Assembly (NCBI GenBank): GCA_963775125.1
Contig: CAVZHQ010000001.1
Location: 79,209 to 143,208, forward strand
DNA from: an uncultured Acidimicrobiales bacterium
GTDB lineage: Bacteria > Actinomycetota > Acidimicrobiia > Acidimicrobiales > SZUA-35
Length of the DNA: 64,000 nucleotides
Direction of reading: 5' to 3'
Shown: in pieces, positions 35,905 through 45,341 of the stretch
Layout: each line of letters begins with the position of its first letter
How positions within the stretch are numbered: the first letter of the stretch is position 1
Program-made: the position numbers and the translations under genes
Notes under the pieces: generated by a model
What the model was told of the DNA's origin: nothing
The model's input: the letters and a program-made list of their open reading frames with translations, nothing else
The model's database searches: none

Positions 35905-37548
35905 TCAGGTGAGCTTCTTGACCAGCTTCACCTTGGCGATGTCGGCGGGGGCGGCAAGGGCGGTCATGGCCAGCTCGTAGTCGGGGATCGCATGCACCTC
36001 GCCGTCGTCGCCGATCATGACGAAGCGGTCGAGGCTGGCCAGGAACGTGCGGTCGTGGCTGACGGCGACCACGGTTCCCAGGAAGCCGTCGAGGGCCTTC
36101 TCCAGCGCCTCGGACGACTCGATGTCGAGGTTGTCGGTCGGCTCGTCGAGGAGCAGGACGTTGTGGCCTTCGAGCTCGAGACACAGGACCTCGAGGCGCG
36201 CCTTCTGGCCGCCGGAGAGGGTCTCGAACTCCTGTCGGGCGTGCTGGGCCAGGCCATAGCGGGCCAGGGACTTCATCGCCTTCTCGTCCTCCTGGGTGCG
36301 GTCTCGGACGATGTCGAAGCAATCACGGCCGAGGAAGTCCGGCCGGTCGTTGATCTGGGTGAACGTCCCCACCGAGGTTCTCGGCCCGAACGAGACGCTG
36401 CCCTCGTCGGCCTCGATCGTGCCGGCCAACGCGCCGAGGAGGTGGCTCTTGCCTGTGCCGTTCGGCCCGATCAACCCGACGCGCTCGCCGAAGTAGATCT
36501 CTTCGGAGAAGGGGAAGAACAAGTCGCCGACGGAGAGTTGGTCGAGCACCACCACACGACGGGCCGAATCGGCGCCGCGCAGGTTGACCGAGATGAACTG
36601 GTCGGGCACGGGAGGGGGCGGCGGGCCGATGGCGACGAACTTCTCCCAACGGGTCTCGGCGGCGTTGGCCTTCGTGGCGTTCTTGAAGTTCTGGGCGGCC
36701 CGCTGCTTCATGATCTTCATGTGGTGGAACAGCCGACGTTCCTCGTCGTTCCAGCGCTTGAGCGCGTCGCCGAGCAGCTCCTGGCGTCGGGCTCGGGCGT
36801 CGGGGAAGGTCTTGTACGAACCACCGTGGACCCAGCAGCCTGACCCCTCGATGACCACGATCTTGGTGGCCACCGACTCGAGCAGGGCGCGGTCGTGGCT
36901 GACCATCAGGATGGTCGACTTGCACGCTTTGATCTGTTCCTCGAGCCACACGCGCGTCGGGATGTCGAGGTAGTTGTCCGGCTCGTCGATGAGGAGCACG
37001 TCGGCGCCCGAGGTCAGCAACAGGTCGAGCACGAGGCGTTTGCGTTCGCCGCCCGACAGCTCGGAAACGAGCCGGGTGCCGAAGTCCTCCACCGGCGTCT
37101 TGACGCTGCGGCGGGCGGCTGCGGCCCACTGGGCCTCGAGTTCGTAGCCGCCGAGATCGCCCCAGTCGGTGAGCGCAGTGGCGAAGGCCATGCCGTCGTC
37201 CTCGCCCGAGAGCATGGCGGCTTCGGCCGCCACCATGGCCCGGCCCGCGGTGCGAAGCTCGAACGGGGCGACCTCGATGAGCATCTGCCGGAGCGAGTCG
37301 GTCGGTCGAGCCATGCCGACGTCCTGGGTCATCGACAGGAAGCTTCCGCCGATGGCGAAGTCTCCGTCGTCGGGGACGAGCTCGCCCGCCAGGATCCGCA
37401 GGATCGTCGACTTGCCGACCCCGTTGGCTCCGACGAGGGCGGCGTGCTCTCCAGGGCTCACCCCGAAACTCACCTCGAAGAACAGCGAGTCGGCCCCGGG
37501 AGGCGCGTATTCGAGTTCGGAGACGACGATGCTGGACACGACGCCCAT
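35905..37548 (-). CDS. ABC-F family ATPase (two ABC domains, no TMD)
   Basis: ORF 35905..37821 from MGVVSS (ATG 37548). Walker A motifs GANGVGKST and GPNGTGKSH, with signatures LSGGERKR and LSGGQKAR. Confidence 0.88.
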   Translation of the reverse strand: MGVVSSIVVSELEYAPPGADSLFFEVSFGVSPGEHAALVGANGVGKSTILRILAGELVPDDGDFAIGGSFLSMTQDVGMARPTDSLRQMLIEVAPFELRTAGRAMVAAEAAMLSGEDDGMAFATALTDWGDLGGYELEAQWAAAARRSVKTPVEDFGTRLVSELSGGERKRLVLDLLLTSGADVLLIDEPDNYLDIPTRVWLEEQIKACKSTILMVSHDRALLESVATKIVVIEGSGCWVHGGSYKTFPDARARRQELLGDALKRWNDEERRLFHHMKIMKQRAAQNFKNATKANAAETRWEKFVAIGPPPPPVPDQFISVNLRGADSARRVVVLDQLSVGDLFFPFSEEIYFGERVGLIGPNGTGKSHLLGALAGTIEADEGSVSFGPRTSVGTFTQINDRPDFLGRDCFDIVRDRTQEDEKAMKSLARYGLAQHARQEFETLSGGQKARLEVLCLELEGHNVLLLDEPTDNLDIESSEALEKALDGFLGTVVAVSHDRTFLASLDRFVMIGDDGEVHAIPDYELAMTALAAPADIAKVKLVKKLT

Positions 37549-37608
37549 CCTGCCAGCGAGAGGCGAATCTCCGACGGTTCGCCGCGAGCTTTGCCGTAGG
37601 GTTGGTCG

Positions 37609-39255
37609 ATGCGCGCTCCTGAACCGATCAGCTTGCAGCACGAGCTCGCAGTCCTGGAGCAGGCGCGGGTGGCGGTGCAAGCGAAGCTCCAGCGGCTGAA
37701 GGACATCAAGGCCGATGGAGCCGATGCCGTGACCGCTGACTACATCGCGTCCGTCATCGCCGGCACGGTCGAGAAGCTCACGCAGGAGCTGGTGGTGTTC
37801 GGCCGGATCGACGACGAGCACGCGTGGCGGATCGGGCTCTACGGCATCGACGATGGGTCCAACCAGCTCGTGGTCGACTGGCGGGCGCCCTTCGCCGCGA
37901 ACTTCTACCAGGCCCGATTCGACGAGCCGCTGGGACTCGAACGGAGGGTCAGCTACGTCGGCAGCATCGTCGACCTGATGGTCGAAGAGTTTTCGACAGG
38001 AGAGGTCACCGGGTCATCTCCGCTCCTCACCGAGCTGTCGCGCTCCCGTGGGGACGTGATGCGCACGGCGGTGGCGACCCTGCAGTCCGAACAGGACGAG
38101 TTGGTCCGGCTCTCGCCCGAGGCCACGCTGGTCATTCGGGGCGGGCCGGGCACCGGCAAGACGGTGGTCGGCCTGCATCGTGCCGCCTGGTTGGTCTACA
38201 ACGACACCCGGCTCACCGCCGATCGTCTCCTGGTCGTCGGCCCTTCGGACCGTTTCCTGACCTATGTTGCCAGCGTGCTTCCCACGTTGGGAGAAGCACG
38301 CATTCATCAGACGACCTTCGAACGTCTGCTCGGTCCATCGTCGGTGCCCGGAAGCGACGAGCGCTGGATCGAAGCGCTCGATCGCTTCGAGGCGGGGCTG
38401 TTGCAACCGGCCGAGTTCAAGGTGGGTGCGCGCACGATCCCCGAATACGAGGTGGTCGAAGCCGTCGAGCGGGTCTCCAAGCTGAACCTGCCGTGGCGAG
38501 ATCGGCGCAAGCTGTTCGTCGACGGTCTGGCTCGAGCGCGGAACCTTCCGGCCAAGGACGTCAACAGAGCGGCGTCGTCGGTGTTCCCCGCGGTGACCCC
38601 GGCACAGGCCATGAAGGCGCTGCGGCGTCGGCCGACCCTCGAATCGATCGGGCTCTCGTCGGACTTCATCGATGCCTGGCTGGCGGTCGATCACGGCTCA
38701 CGATTTGAAGGGCCGCTGGCCGATGAGGTCCAGGCCCGGTTCGCCGGGGTGCCGGCCCGTTACTCGCATGTGATCGTCGACGAAGCGCAGGACCTCTCGT
38801 TGCTGCAGCTTCGTGCGGTGCTCCGCCGTTCCAAGGGCGTGACGGTCGTCGGCGACGACGCGCAGCGTTCGGCACCCAACAGCCTGGGGCTGCGGCGAGT
38901 GGCCGATCTGTTGGACAGCGAGTTGATCGAGATGCGCACGGCGTATCGGATGTCGGCCGAGATCGCCGACTGGCTCAACGAACACGCCGAGCGGTACTCG
39001 CTCGACGCCGTACACCTCGACGGTGTGCGCCCGACAGGCACGGACGTGCGCTCCGTGACGGCGGTCGGATCCGTCGGACCGGTTCTGGCCGACCTCCACG
39101 AACGATGGGGAACCGTCGCCCACATTCGGGCGGGTGAAGTGTGGCAGCACAAGGGCGTCGAGTACGACGCCGTGGTGGTCGACCGCAGCGGGATGTCGGC
39201 CGGCGAGATCTACCTGGCTGCCTCGCGCGCGGCCCACGAGCTGGTGTTGGCCTGA
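37609..39255 (+). CDS. helD: HelD-like UvrD-family helicase / RNAP-associated ATPase (short form)
   Basis: ORF 37609..39255. N-terminal DWRAPFAANFY, Walker A GGPGTGKT, and DEAQD. Confidence 0.68.
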   Translation: MRAPEPISLQHELAVLEQARVAVQAKLQRLKDIKADGADAVTADYIASVIAGTVEKLTQELVVFGRIDDEHAWRIGLYGIDDGSNQLVVDWRAPFAANFYQARFDEPLGLERRVSYVGSIVDLMVEEFSTGEVTGSSPLLTELSRSRGDVMRTAVATLQSEQDELVRLSPEATLVIRGGPGTGKTVVGLHRAAWLVYNDTRLTADRLLVVGPSDRFLTYVASVLPTLGEARIHQTTFERLLGPSSVPGSDERWIEALDRFEAGLLQPAEFKVGARTIPEYEVVEAVERVSKLNLPWRDRRKLFVDGLARARNLPAKDVNRAASSVFPAVTPAQAMKALRRRPTLESIGLSSDFIDAWLAVDHGSRFEGPLADEVQARFAGVPARYSHVIVDEAQDLSLLQLRAVLRRSKGVTVVGDDAQRSAPNSLGLRRVADLLDSELIEMRTAYRMSAEIADWLNEHAERYSLDAVHLDGVRPTGTDVRSVTAVGSVGPVLADLHERWGTVAHIRAGEVWQHKGVEYDAVVVDRSGMSAGEIYLAASRAAHELVLA

Positions 39256-40457
39256 GGGTCGGTCGCCGCTTCGCGAACGGCATGCACGAGCCGATCGGCC
39301 GCGGTGCACAGTTCGCCGGGAGCCAGGGATGCGAAGGACAGTCGGACCTGTCGAGCGAACCGATCGGAGCCGGTCCGGCCGCAGGTGGCGAACGCAGCGC
39401 CCGGCACGAAGCCCACGCCATGCTCCACCGCTCGGGGGAGGAGCGCGCTGGTGTCGGCGGTCGGGACAGTGACCCACAGGAACATGCCGCCCTCGGGCTC
39501 GTGGAAGGAGAAGTCGGCGTGTGCGCGAAGCGCTTCGGCCAGGGCGTTGCGACGTGTCCGGTAGGTGTGGATGAGGTGGCGCCGGTGGTGTTCGAAGAAC
39601 GGCTGGTCGTCGAGGAGGTCGGCCACCACCAGTTGGTTCAGCGATGCCGTGTGGAGGTCGACGGCTTGCTTCAGCCTGACGATCGGCTCGACCAACCATG
39701 GGGGTGCCACGATCCACCCGACCCGCAGTCCGGGCGCGATGGTCTTGCTGGCCGACCCGAGGCGGATGACGCGGTCGGATCTGGCGCCCAGCGACGTGAG
39801 ATCGGAACCGTCGTAGCGGAGCATGCGGTAGGGGTCGTCCTCGACGATCAGGAACCCGTAGTGCTCGGCCAGTCGGAGGAGATGCTTGCGTCGAGGCTCG
39901 GACAGCGTGGCCCCGGTCGGGTTCTGAAAGTTGGGTGTCACGTAACACAGCCGGACCTTGTTGCCGGCGAACAGGGAGGCCTCGAGCTGGTCGGTGTCCA
40001 GACCGTCGTGGTCGACCTCGATCGGGAGGAATCGTGGCTGCGAACCGCTGAGGGCTTGGACGGCGCCGACGTACGCCGGGCGTTCGATGGCGACGACATC
40101 GCCGGGGTCGAGCAGCGCTCGAGCCACGAGATCGAGGCCTTGCTGCGAACCCGAGGTGATGATGATCTGATCGGGTTCACACGATGTCGGCCCGTCGAGG
40201 GATCGTTCGGCGAGGGTTTGGCGCAGAACCGCCAGACCTTGCGTCGGTCCGTACTGCAGTGCGGCGGGTCCGTACCTTCCGGCGGGCCCGTCGGACGACA
40301 GGACTCGCTCCGTCGCCCGTCGAATGCGCTCGATGGGGAACGCCTCGGCTGCCGGTAGTCCGCCGGCCAGCGAAACCACATCGGGGCGATCCACCAGCGC
40401 CAACAGATCGCGGATGGCCGAGCCGGCGACGGCATGGGAACGTTGGCTGAGGTGCAT
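39210..40457 (-). CDS. PLP-dependent aminotransferase, class I/II (aminoadipate/MocR-type catalytic domain)
   Basis: ORF 39210..41003 from MHLSQRS (ATG 40457). Motifs LAGGLP, NFQNPTG and SASKTIAPGLRVGW. Confidence 0.8.
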   Translation of the reverse strand: MHLSQRSHAVAGSAIRDLLALVDRPDVVSLAGGLPAAEAFPIERIRRATERVLSSDGPAGRYGPAALQYGPTQGLAVLRQTLAERSLDGPTSCEPDQIIITSGSQQGLDLVARALLDPGDVVAIERPAYVGAVQALSGSQPRFLPIEVDHDGLDTDQLEASLFAGNKVRLCYVTPNFQNPTGATLSEPRRKHLLRLAEHYGFLIVEDDPYRMLRYDGSDLTSLGARSDRVIRLGSASKTIAPGLRVGWIVAPPWLVEPIVRLKQAVDLHTASLNQLVVADLLDDQPFFEHHRRHLIHTYRTRRNALAEALRAHADFSFHEPEGGMFLWVTVPTADTSALLPRAVEHGVGFVPGAAFATCGRTGSDRFARQVRLSFASLAPGELCTAADRLVHAVREAATDPQANTSSWAAREAAR

Positions 40458-40595
40458 GCTGTCCAGCGAACGCCCAACAACCGCCGGGCGGAAGAGTCGT
40501 GCTACTGCTAGGACTGATGATTGGTGGGACCGGTAGTCCCTGGTTGCGGGCTCGAAACCGTGACCGCAGCGAGTGGAGCCGTGGCAGAGTGAGGA

Positions 40596-41402
40596 ATGGC
40601 CGGACGAGCCGATCTTGCACACTTCCTGCGCTCCCGGCGCGAGCTTCTCCATCCGACCGATGTCGGTCTCGCTGTCGGCGCACGAAGGCGGGCCAAAGGG
40701 TTGCGGCGAGAAGAGGTGGCCATGCTTGCCGGCGTGTCCGTCAGTTGGTACACCTGGTTGGAGCAGGGCCGAGCGATCAACGCGTCGGTGGACGTGCTTG
40801 AATCGCTGGCGCGCACGCTGCGGCTCGACGAGATCGAGCGCTCGCACTTGTTGTCCTTGGCCGGACACGCGCCTCGTCCTCGTTCGTCGTCGGGGCGGCG
40901 CGAGGTGCCACCGGGCATCGCCCTGCTTCTCCGATCGCTCGATCCGTGTCCGGCCTATGTGCTCGACCCGATGTGGAATGTCCTTGCGTGGAATCGGTCG
41001 CAACAGCGGCTGTTTCCCCGGTTCGCATCGATTCCGGTGGAACAGCGAAACCTGGTGTGGATCATGTTCTGCGACGATGACGCTCGGGCGTTGATCGGCG
41101 ACTGGGATGCGGAGGCCCGACGCGTGCTCTCGCAGTTCCGGGCCGAGACCACGGCGCTACGCGACGAGCCCGAGTTCGTGGATTTCGTCGAGCGGCTGGT
41201 GGCATCGAGTGATGACTTCGCCCGATGGTGGCCGGCCCACGATGTCGGGGGATTCGTGGAACGCGAGCGCACGTTCCATCACCCCCAGGCGGGCGATCTG
41301 CGGTTCGTGACCGAGCAGCTGGTCCCGGTCGGCGATCCCGACCTCCGATTGATCGTGCATCTGGGCATCGACGGGGATTCCAGCATCGCCCGCCTGGCCT
41401 GA
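40596..41402 (+). CDS. MmyB-like helix-turn-helix transcriptional regulator
   Basis: ORF 40596..41402. XRE HTH (GLRREEVAMLAGVSVSWYTWLEQGR) plus an MmyB C-domain. Confidence 0.8.
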   Translation: MAGRADLAHFLRSRRELLHPTDVGLAVGARRRAKGLRREEVAMLAGVSVSWYTWLEQGRAINASVDVLESLARTLRLDEIERSHLLSLAGHAPRPRSSSGRREVPPGIALLLRSLDPCPAYVLDPMWNVLAWNRSQQRLFPRFASIPVEQRNLVWIMFCDDDARALIGDWDAEARRVLSQFRAETTALRDEPEFVDFVERLVASSDDFARWWPAHDVGGFVERERTFHHPQAGDLRFVTEQLVPVGDPDLRLIVHLGIDGDSSIARLA

Positions 41403-41410
41403 CCGTCGTC

Positions 41411-41466
41411 GGGCTGTGCTGTCGTTTCGGGGTGTGCTGTCGTTGGGGTGCAGTACTGTCGGTGGG
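41411..41466. repeat. degenerate ~18-bp tandem repeat GGG(C/G)TGTGCTGTCGTT.. x3
   Basis: Read directly, between the mmyB-like stop and the rhodanese SD. Confidence 0.7.
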
Positions 41467-41511
41467 TGATCCGGCGATCGGCGTCGGGACCGTGAAACAG
41501 AAGGAGGAACC

Positions 41512-41919
41512 ATGGCCATCAAGTCCGTCGAGGAGATGATTGCGGCTGCTCGAGCCGAGATCGACAATCACACGCCGGCCGAAGCCAAGCGGCGAGTGGA
41601 CGAGGAAGGGGCGTTGTTGGTCGACATTCGCGACGTCCGCGAACTCGAACGAGAAGGGGTCGTGCCCGGTGCGTTCCATGCGCCGCGTGGCATGCTCGAG
41701 TTCTGGATCGATCCGGCATCGCCGTACTTCAAACCGGTGTTCGCTGAGGATCGAGAGTTCGTCCTCTATTGAGCGGGGGGCGGGCGGACAAGTTTGTCCG
41801 CAAAGGCTCTCAAGGACATGGGACTTCCCCGGGTGTCCCATATCGTCACCGGCTTCGGTGGATGGAAAGCCGATGGCCTGCCGGTCGTCGACTACCCCAC
41901 GTGGAAGGCCGCCAAGTAG
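41512..41919 (+). CDS. single-domain rhodanese sulfurtransferase with UGA (selenocysteine) at the catalytic Cys position (135 aa)
   Basis: SD AAGGAGGA then ATG 41512. ORF 41512..41772 ends ..REFVLY-TGA. The same frame continues AGGGRTSLSAKALKDMGLPRVSHIVTGFGGWKADGLPVV.. to TAG 41917-41919. Confidence 0.8.
41770..41801 (+). promoter_or_regulatory. UGA-Sec codon plus candidate SECIS hairpin GCGGACA-AGUU-UGUCCGC (41784-41801)
   Basis: Read directly. The hairpin starts 11 nt after the UGA and has G/U in the apical loop. Confidence 0.6.
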
Positions 41920-41971
41920 CACCTTGGTCGACAGCCACCCGGATCTTGACCTGTAGGAGAAGCGAGAACGT

Positions 41972-42850
41972 ATGACCATCAAGTTCGGGTGGCTGTCGCC
42001 GGTCATCGGCAACAGCGGTAGCGACTATCAACCCATCGCCATGTACCAGCAGGAGCACATCCTGCCCACGGCATTGCCCCACTTCGATTCGCTCTGGATC
42101 GCCGACCACTTCTATGGCTTCGACGCCAAGACCGACCCGTTCCTCGAGGGCTGGACCACGCTCACGTGGCTGGCTGCGAAGTTCCCCGGCGTACTGCTGT
42201 GCCATCACGTGCTCGGTCACGGCTATCGACCGCCGGCGCTGACCGCCAAGATGGCGGCCACCCTGCAGACGTTGTCCGGCGGGCGTTTCATCCTCGGTAT
42301 CGGTGCCGGCTGGCGCGAGAAGGAATACCTCGCCTACGGATATGACTTCCCGCGGCCGGCGGTCCGATTCGCGCAGCTCGAGGAGGTCGTGAAGATCTGC
42401 CGACTCATGTGGACCGAGGACGAGCCCAGCTTCCAGGGCAAGTACTTCTCGATCTCGGGAGCGTCGGCCCCGCCCCTGCCTTCGGTGGTGCCGCCCATCT
42501 GTATCGGGGCATCGGGCGAGCAGATCGGGTTGCCGCTCGTTGGCCGTTTGGCCGACATGTGGAACGGTTTCCCCAAGGGTTCCGACGACGACTGGCTACG
42601 CAAGGTCGACATCGTGCACCGCTCGGCCGTCGATGCCGGGCGCCAACCGTCCGACATCGAGATCAGCCAAACCATCGAAAAGGCGTTGCCCGAAACCGAC
42701 GCCCAGTCGGCCGAACTACTGAACCTCTTGGCCCACAAGGTCGAGCTGGGCGTCCGTCATTTCGTCATGGACTTCGGTCATCCCCGTACCCCGGAACACG
42801 TCAGCCGATTCGTCGAGCAGGTCATGCAACCGCTTCGTCAGGGGGCGTAG
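41972..42850 (+). CDS. LLM-class (luciferase-like) F420/flavin-dependent oxidoreductase
   Basis: ORF 41972..42850. Motifs LWIADHF, GRFILGIGAGW and PPICIGASG. Confidence 0.8.
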   Translation: MTIKFGWLSPVIGNSGSDYQPIAMYQQEHILPTALPHFDSLWIADHFYGFDAKTDPFLEGWTTLTWLAAKFPGVLLCHHVLGHGYRPPALTAKMAATLQTLSGGRFILGIGAGWREKEYLAYGYDFPRPAVRFAQLEEVVKICRLMWTEDEPSFQGKYFSISGASAPPLPSVVPPICIGASGEQIGLPLVGRLADMWNGFPKGSDDDWLRKVDIVHRSAVDAGRQPSDIEISQTIEKALPETDAQSAELLNLLAHKVELGVRHFVMDFGHPRTPEHVSRFVEQVMQPLRQGA

Positions 42851-43809
42851 CACACCGGTGTCCACACCAGGATGTCGTCGCCGACCGCGCCTTCGTCGTT
42901 GACGACGCCGGCACGGATCTCGAAACGCAGCAGACGGCCACTGGCCAACGGGAGCTCCTCCACCAGCTTGTGACGGAAGGCCAGGAGGTCGGCCTCGAAC
43001 GCGGGGCCGACGTGGTCGCAGCCGTCCCAGGCCACGATGGTGGCCAGGCCGGGGAGCACCCGGCTGAGCGACGACTGGGCCAGCCCTTGGACGTGGCCGC
43101 CGTAGACCAGGCGCTTCCCGTAGATCGACACGGTCTTGTCGCGGTGGACGAACGCCTGGTTGAACGTCATGCGGGCGAGCGACGGCGCCAGGTCGACGTG
43201 GTCACGCATGGCGTCTGACCGTTCCTCACCCACGTTCCACTCGGTGGCGGGAAGATGGCTGAGGTCCCACGCTGGAGCGAGCTCGGCGACCTCGTCGAGC
43301 GGCACGGGATCCGATGGGCCGGGGATCTCGTCGGCGTGGCCGGGAACGGGGCCGCGGCTGGCCACCAGCGCGCATCGTTCGTAACGCACGATGGGGCCGT
43401 TGTCGCCGGTGGTCTCGATACCCAGCCAGACCTTGCCCCGGTGCTGGTCGCCCTTCGGTTTGCCGTCGGCCAGCCCGAGCACGGTGGTGGTGGTGCGTAG
43501 GGTCTCGCCCAACTCGACCGGGCGCAGGATGCGGACCGACCGGTAGTAGAGGTTGGCGATGGCCTTGCGGGTGGCGTTGGTGGTCTGGCCGATCGAGTAC
43601 TGCATGGCCAGCGCCGGGTAGACGAGCCCGCGGTCCGAGCCGCTGACGGCGGCGTACTTGCGACGGTCGGCTGACGGGAGGTGCTGGTCGCCGGTGATCA
43701 TGCGATAGGCGACGTTGTCGGCCTCGGTGACCGTCACCGGCGGCAGCGGGGGAATGGTCATCCCCTTGGTGAACTCGTCGTAGTAGGGACCGTCGTTGTT
43801 GGCGCTCAT
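42838..43809 (-). CDS. MaoC-family (double hotdog) dehydratase
   Basis: ORF 42838..44526 from MSANNDGPYY (ATG 43809; an alternative ATG lies 36 nt upstream). Hotdog-fold hydratase-like sequence. Confidence 0.72.
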   Translation of the reverse strand: MSANNDGPYYDEFTKGMTIPPLPPVTVTEADNVAYRMITGDQHLPSADRRKYAAVSGSDRGLVYPALAMQYSIGQTTNATRKAIANLYYRSVRILRPVELGETLRTTTTVLGLADGKPKGDQHRGKVWLGIETTGDNGPIVRYERCALVASRGPVPGHADEIPGPSDPVPLDEVAELAPAWDLSHLPATEWNVGEERSDAMRDHVDLAPSLARMTFNQAFVHRDKTVSIYGKRLVYGGHVQGLAQSSLSRVLPGLATIVAWDGCDHVGPAFEADLLAFRHKLVEELPLASGRLLRFEIRAGVVNDEGAVGDDILVWTPVCYAP

Positions 43810-43875
43810 GGCCCGAAGTGTAGGAGCGGGCCGAGACGCCGACATCGCCCGGTGTCGTCGAGCCGGATACCGGGC

Positions 43876-43936
43876 GAACTCGCAACTGCGTGCAGTGCGC
43901 CCCTCTGGGAGGGGTGGAAGCGCACACGGTTGCGAA
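43876..43936. repeat. dispersed hairpin element, copy 2
   Basis: AACTCGCAACTGCGTGCAGTGCGCCCCTCTGGGAGGGGTGGAAGCGCACACGGTTGCGAATT aligns with 18672-18735 with about 10 differences. Confidence 0.85.
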
Positions 43937-43941
43937 TTAGC

Positions 43942-45340
43942 GTGCGCGCGGTGACCGCCGCCGTGAACACCATCGCTGCCCTGGCCGCCGATCTTGCGTC
44001 GGGGGCCACCACGGCCCGCCGCCTGGTCGAGGACGCACTCGATCGGATCGAAGATCCGGCCGGCGAGGGCGCTCGCCGCGTTCTTGTCGGTCGCAGCCGA
44101 ACGGGCACGGGCCACGGCCGACGGCATCGATGCCATCCGGGCGGCCGGGGGAGCAGCGCCGCGTTTCGCCGGCATCCCGTTCGCGGTCAAGGATCTCTGC
44201 GACGTCGCGGGCGAGGTGACGACTGCCGGATCGACGGTGCTGGCCGACCAGGCTCCGGCCACCGCCAACGCGCCGGCGCTCGAGCGGGTCACTCGGGCCG
44301 GGTTCATCGTCATGGGTCGTACCAACATGACCGAGTTCGCGTTCAGCGGACTTGGCCTCAACAGCCACTTCCCGGCGCCGGCCAGCGCCTGGGATCGGCC
44401 GACCCGGCGTATCCCTGGCGGGTCGTCGTCGGGAACCGGCGTGGCTGTTGCCGATGGCATGGCGGTGGCCGGGCTGGGCACCGACACCGGAGGATCGTGC
44501 CGTATCCCCGCCTCGTTCAACGGCATCGTGGGCTACAAGCCCACGGCTCGCCGGGTCCCGCTCGACAACATCGTCCCGCTGTCGTCGTCGCTCGACTCGG
44601 TCGGTCCGCTGGCTCGCAGCGTCGAATGCTGCGCCATCGTCGATGACCTGTTCGCCGGTGGCGACGGATCGAGTGTCCCCGTCGCCCGAACAGCCGGGAC
44701 CATCAGGCTCGGGGTGCTCACGGACTTCGTGCTCGACGGGCTCGATCGCCCGACCGCTTCCGGCTTCGAGGCCGCGCTCTCCCGTCTGTCGCGGGCAGGG
44801 GTGTCTGTCGCCGAGGTCGGCTTCCCCGAACTGTACGAAGTGCCCACGATCAACGGCAAGGGCGGGCTGGCCACCGCCGAGGCCTATCACTGGCACCGGC
44901 AATTGCTGAACGAACGAGGCGACGAGTACGACCAGCGGGTCCGAGTCAGGATCGCGGCGGGGGCGGCGATGTCGGCGTCCGACTATCTCGACGTCGTCGC
45001 AGCTCGTCGACGCCTGATCGGGCTCGCGGCCGAGCGCCTTGCCGGCTTCGATGCCTTCGTGCTTCCGTCGGTCGCCATCGTCCCACCAGCGATCGAGTCG
45101 TTCGATCGTCCACCCGATGGCCAGTCGGTGGACGACTACTACCGGGTCACCAACTTGTTGTGTCTTCGGAACACCGCGGTCGGCAACTTCCTCGACGCAT
45201 GCAGCATCAGCGTGCCGTCGACCCCCGAGGGCGAAGCGCCGGTGGGTTTCCTGCTCATGGGAGCACCCCTCGAGGACAAGGCGCTGTTCGGGGTCGCCCG
45301 GACCGTCGAGCAGCTCCTGGCCACGAAGCAGACGAACTGA
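43942..45340 (+). pseudogene. amidase (amidase-signature family), frame broken by an apparent 1-nt insertion near 44075
   Basis: The N-terminus VRAVTAAVNTIAALAADLASGATTARRLVEDALDRIEDPAGEGAR lies in the frame of ORF 43681... It continues AFLSVAAERA.. in ORF 43994..45340 (GGSSSG signature). The span is 1399 nt, which is 3n+1. Confidence 0.78.
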
Positions 45341-45341
45341 G

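Noticed and set aside
40490-40600. Possible tRNA-Sec (selC). The stretch begins GGAAGAGTCGTG, reminiscent of the 5' end of E. coli selC, and contains GGGCTCGAAACC.
   Set aside because: I could not build an acceptor stem (no complementary 3' end on either strand). There is no UCA anticodon loop in a suitable stem and no proper T-loop. Most likely this is just the divergent promoter region between the aminotransferase and the MmyB-like gene.
41770-41772. Treating TGA 41770 as a genuine stop, giving an 86-aa truncated rhodanese or a pseudogene.
   Set aside because: The frame stays open for 48 more codons that encode the remainder of the conserved domain. The TGA replaces exactly the catalytic Cys, and a hairpin follows at SECIS distance. 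The window also encodes a Sec-type selD and fdhA.
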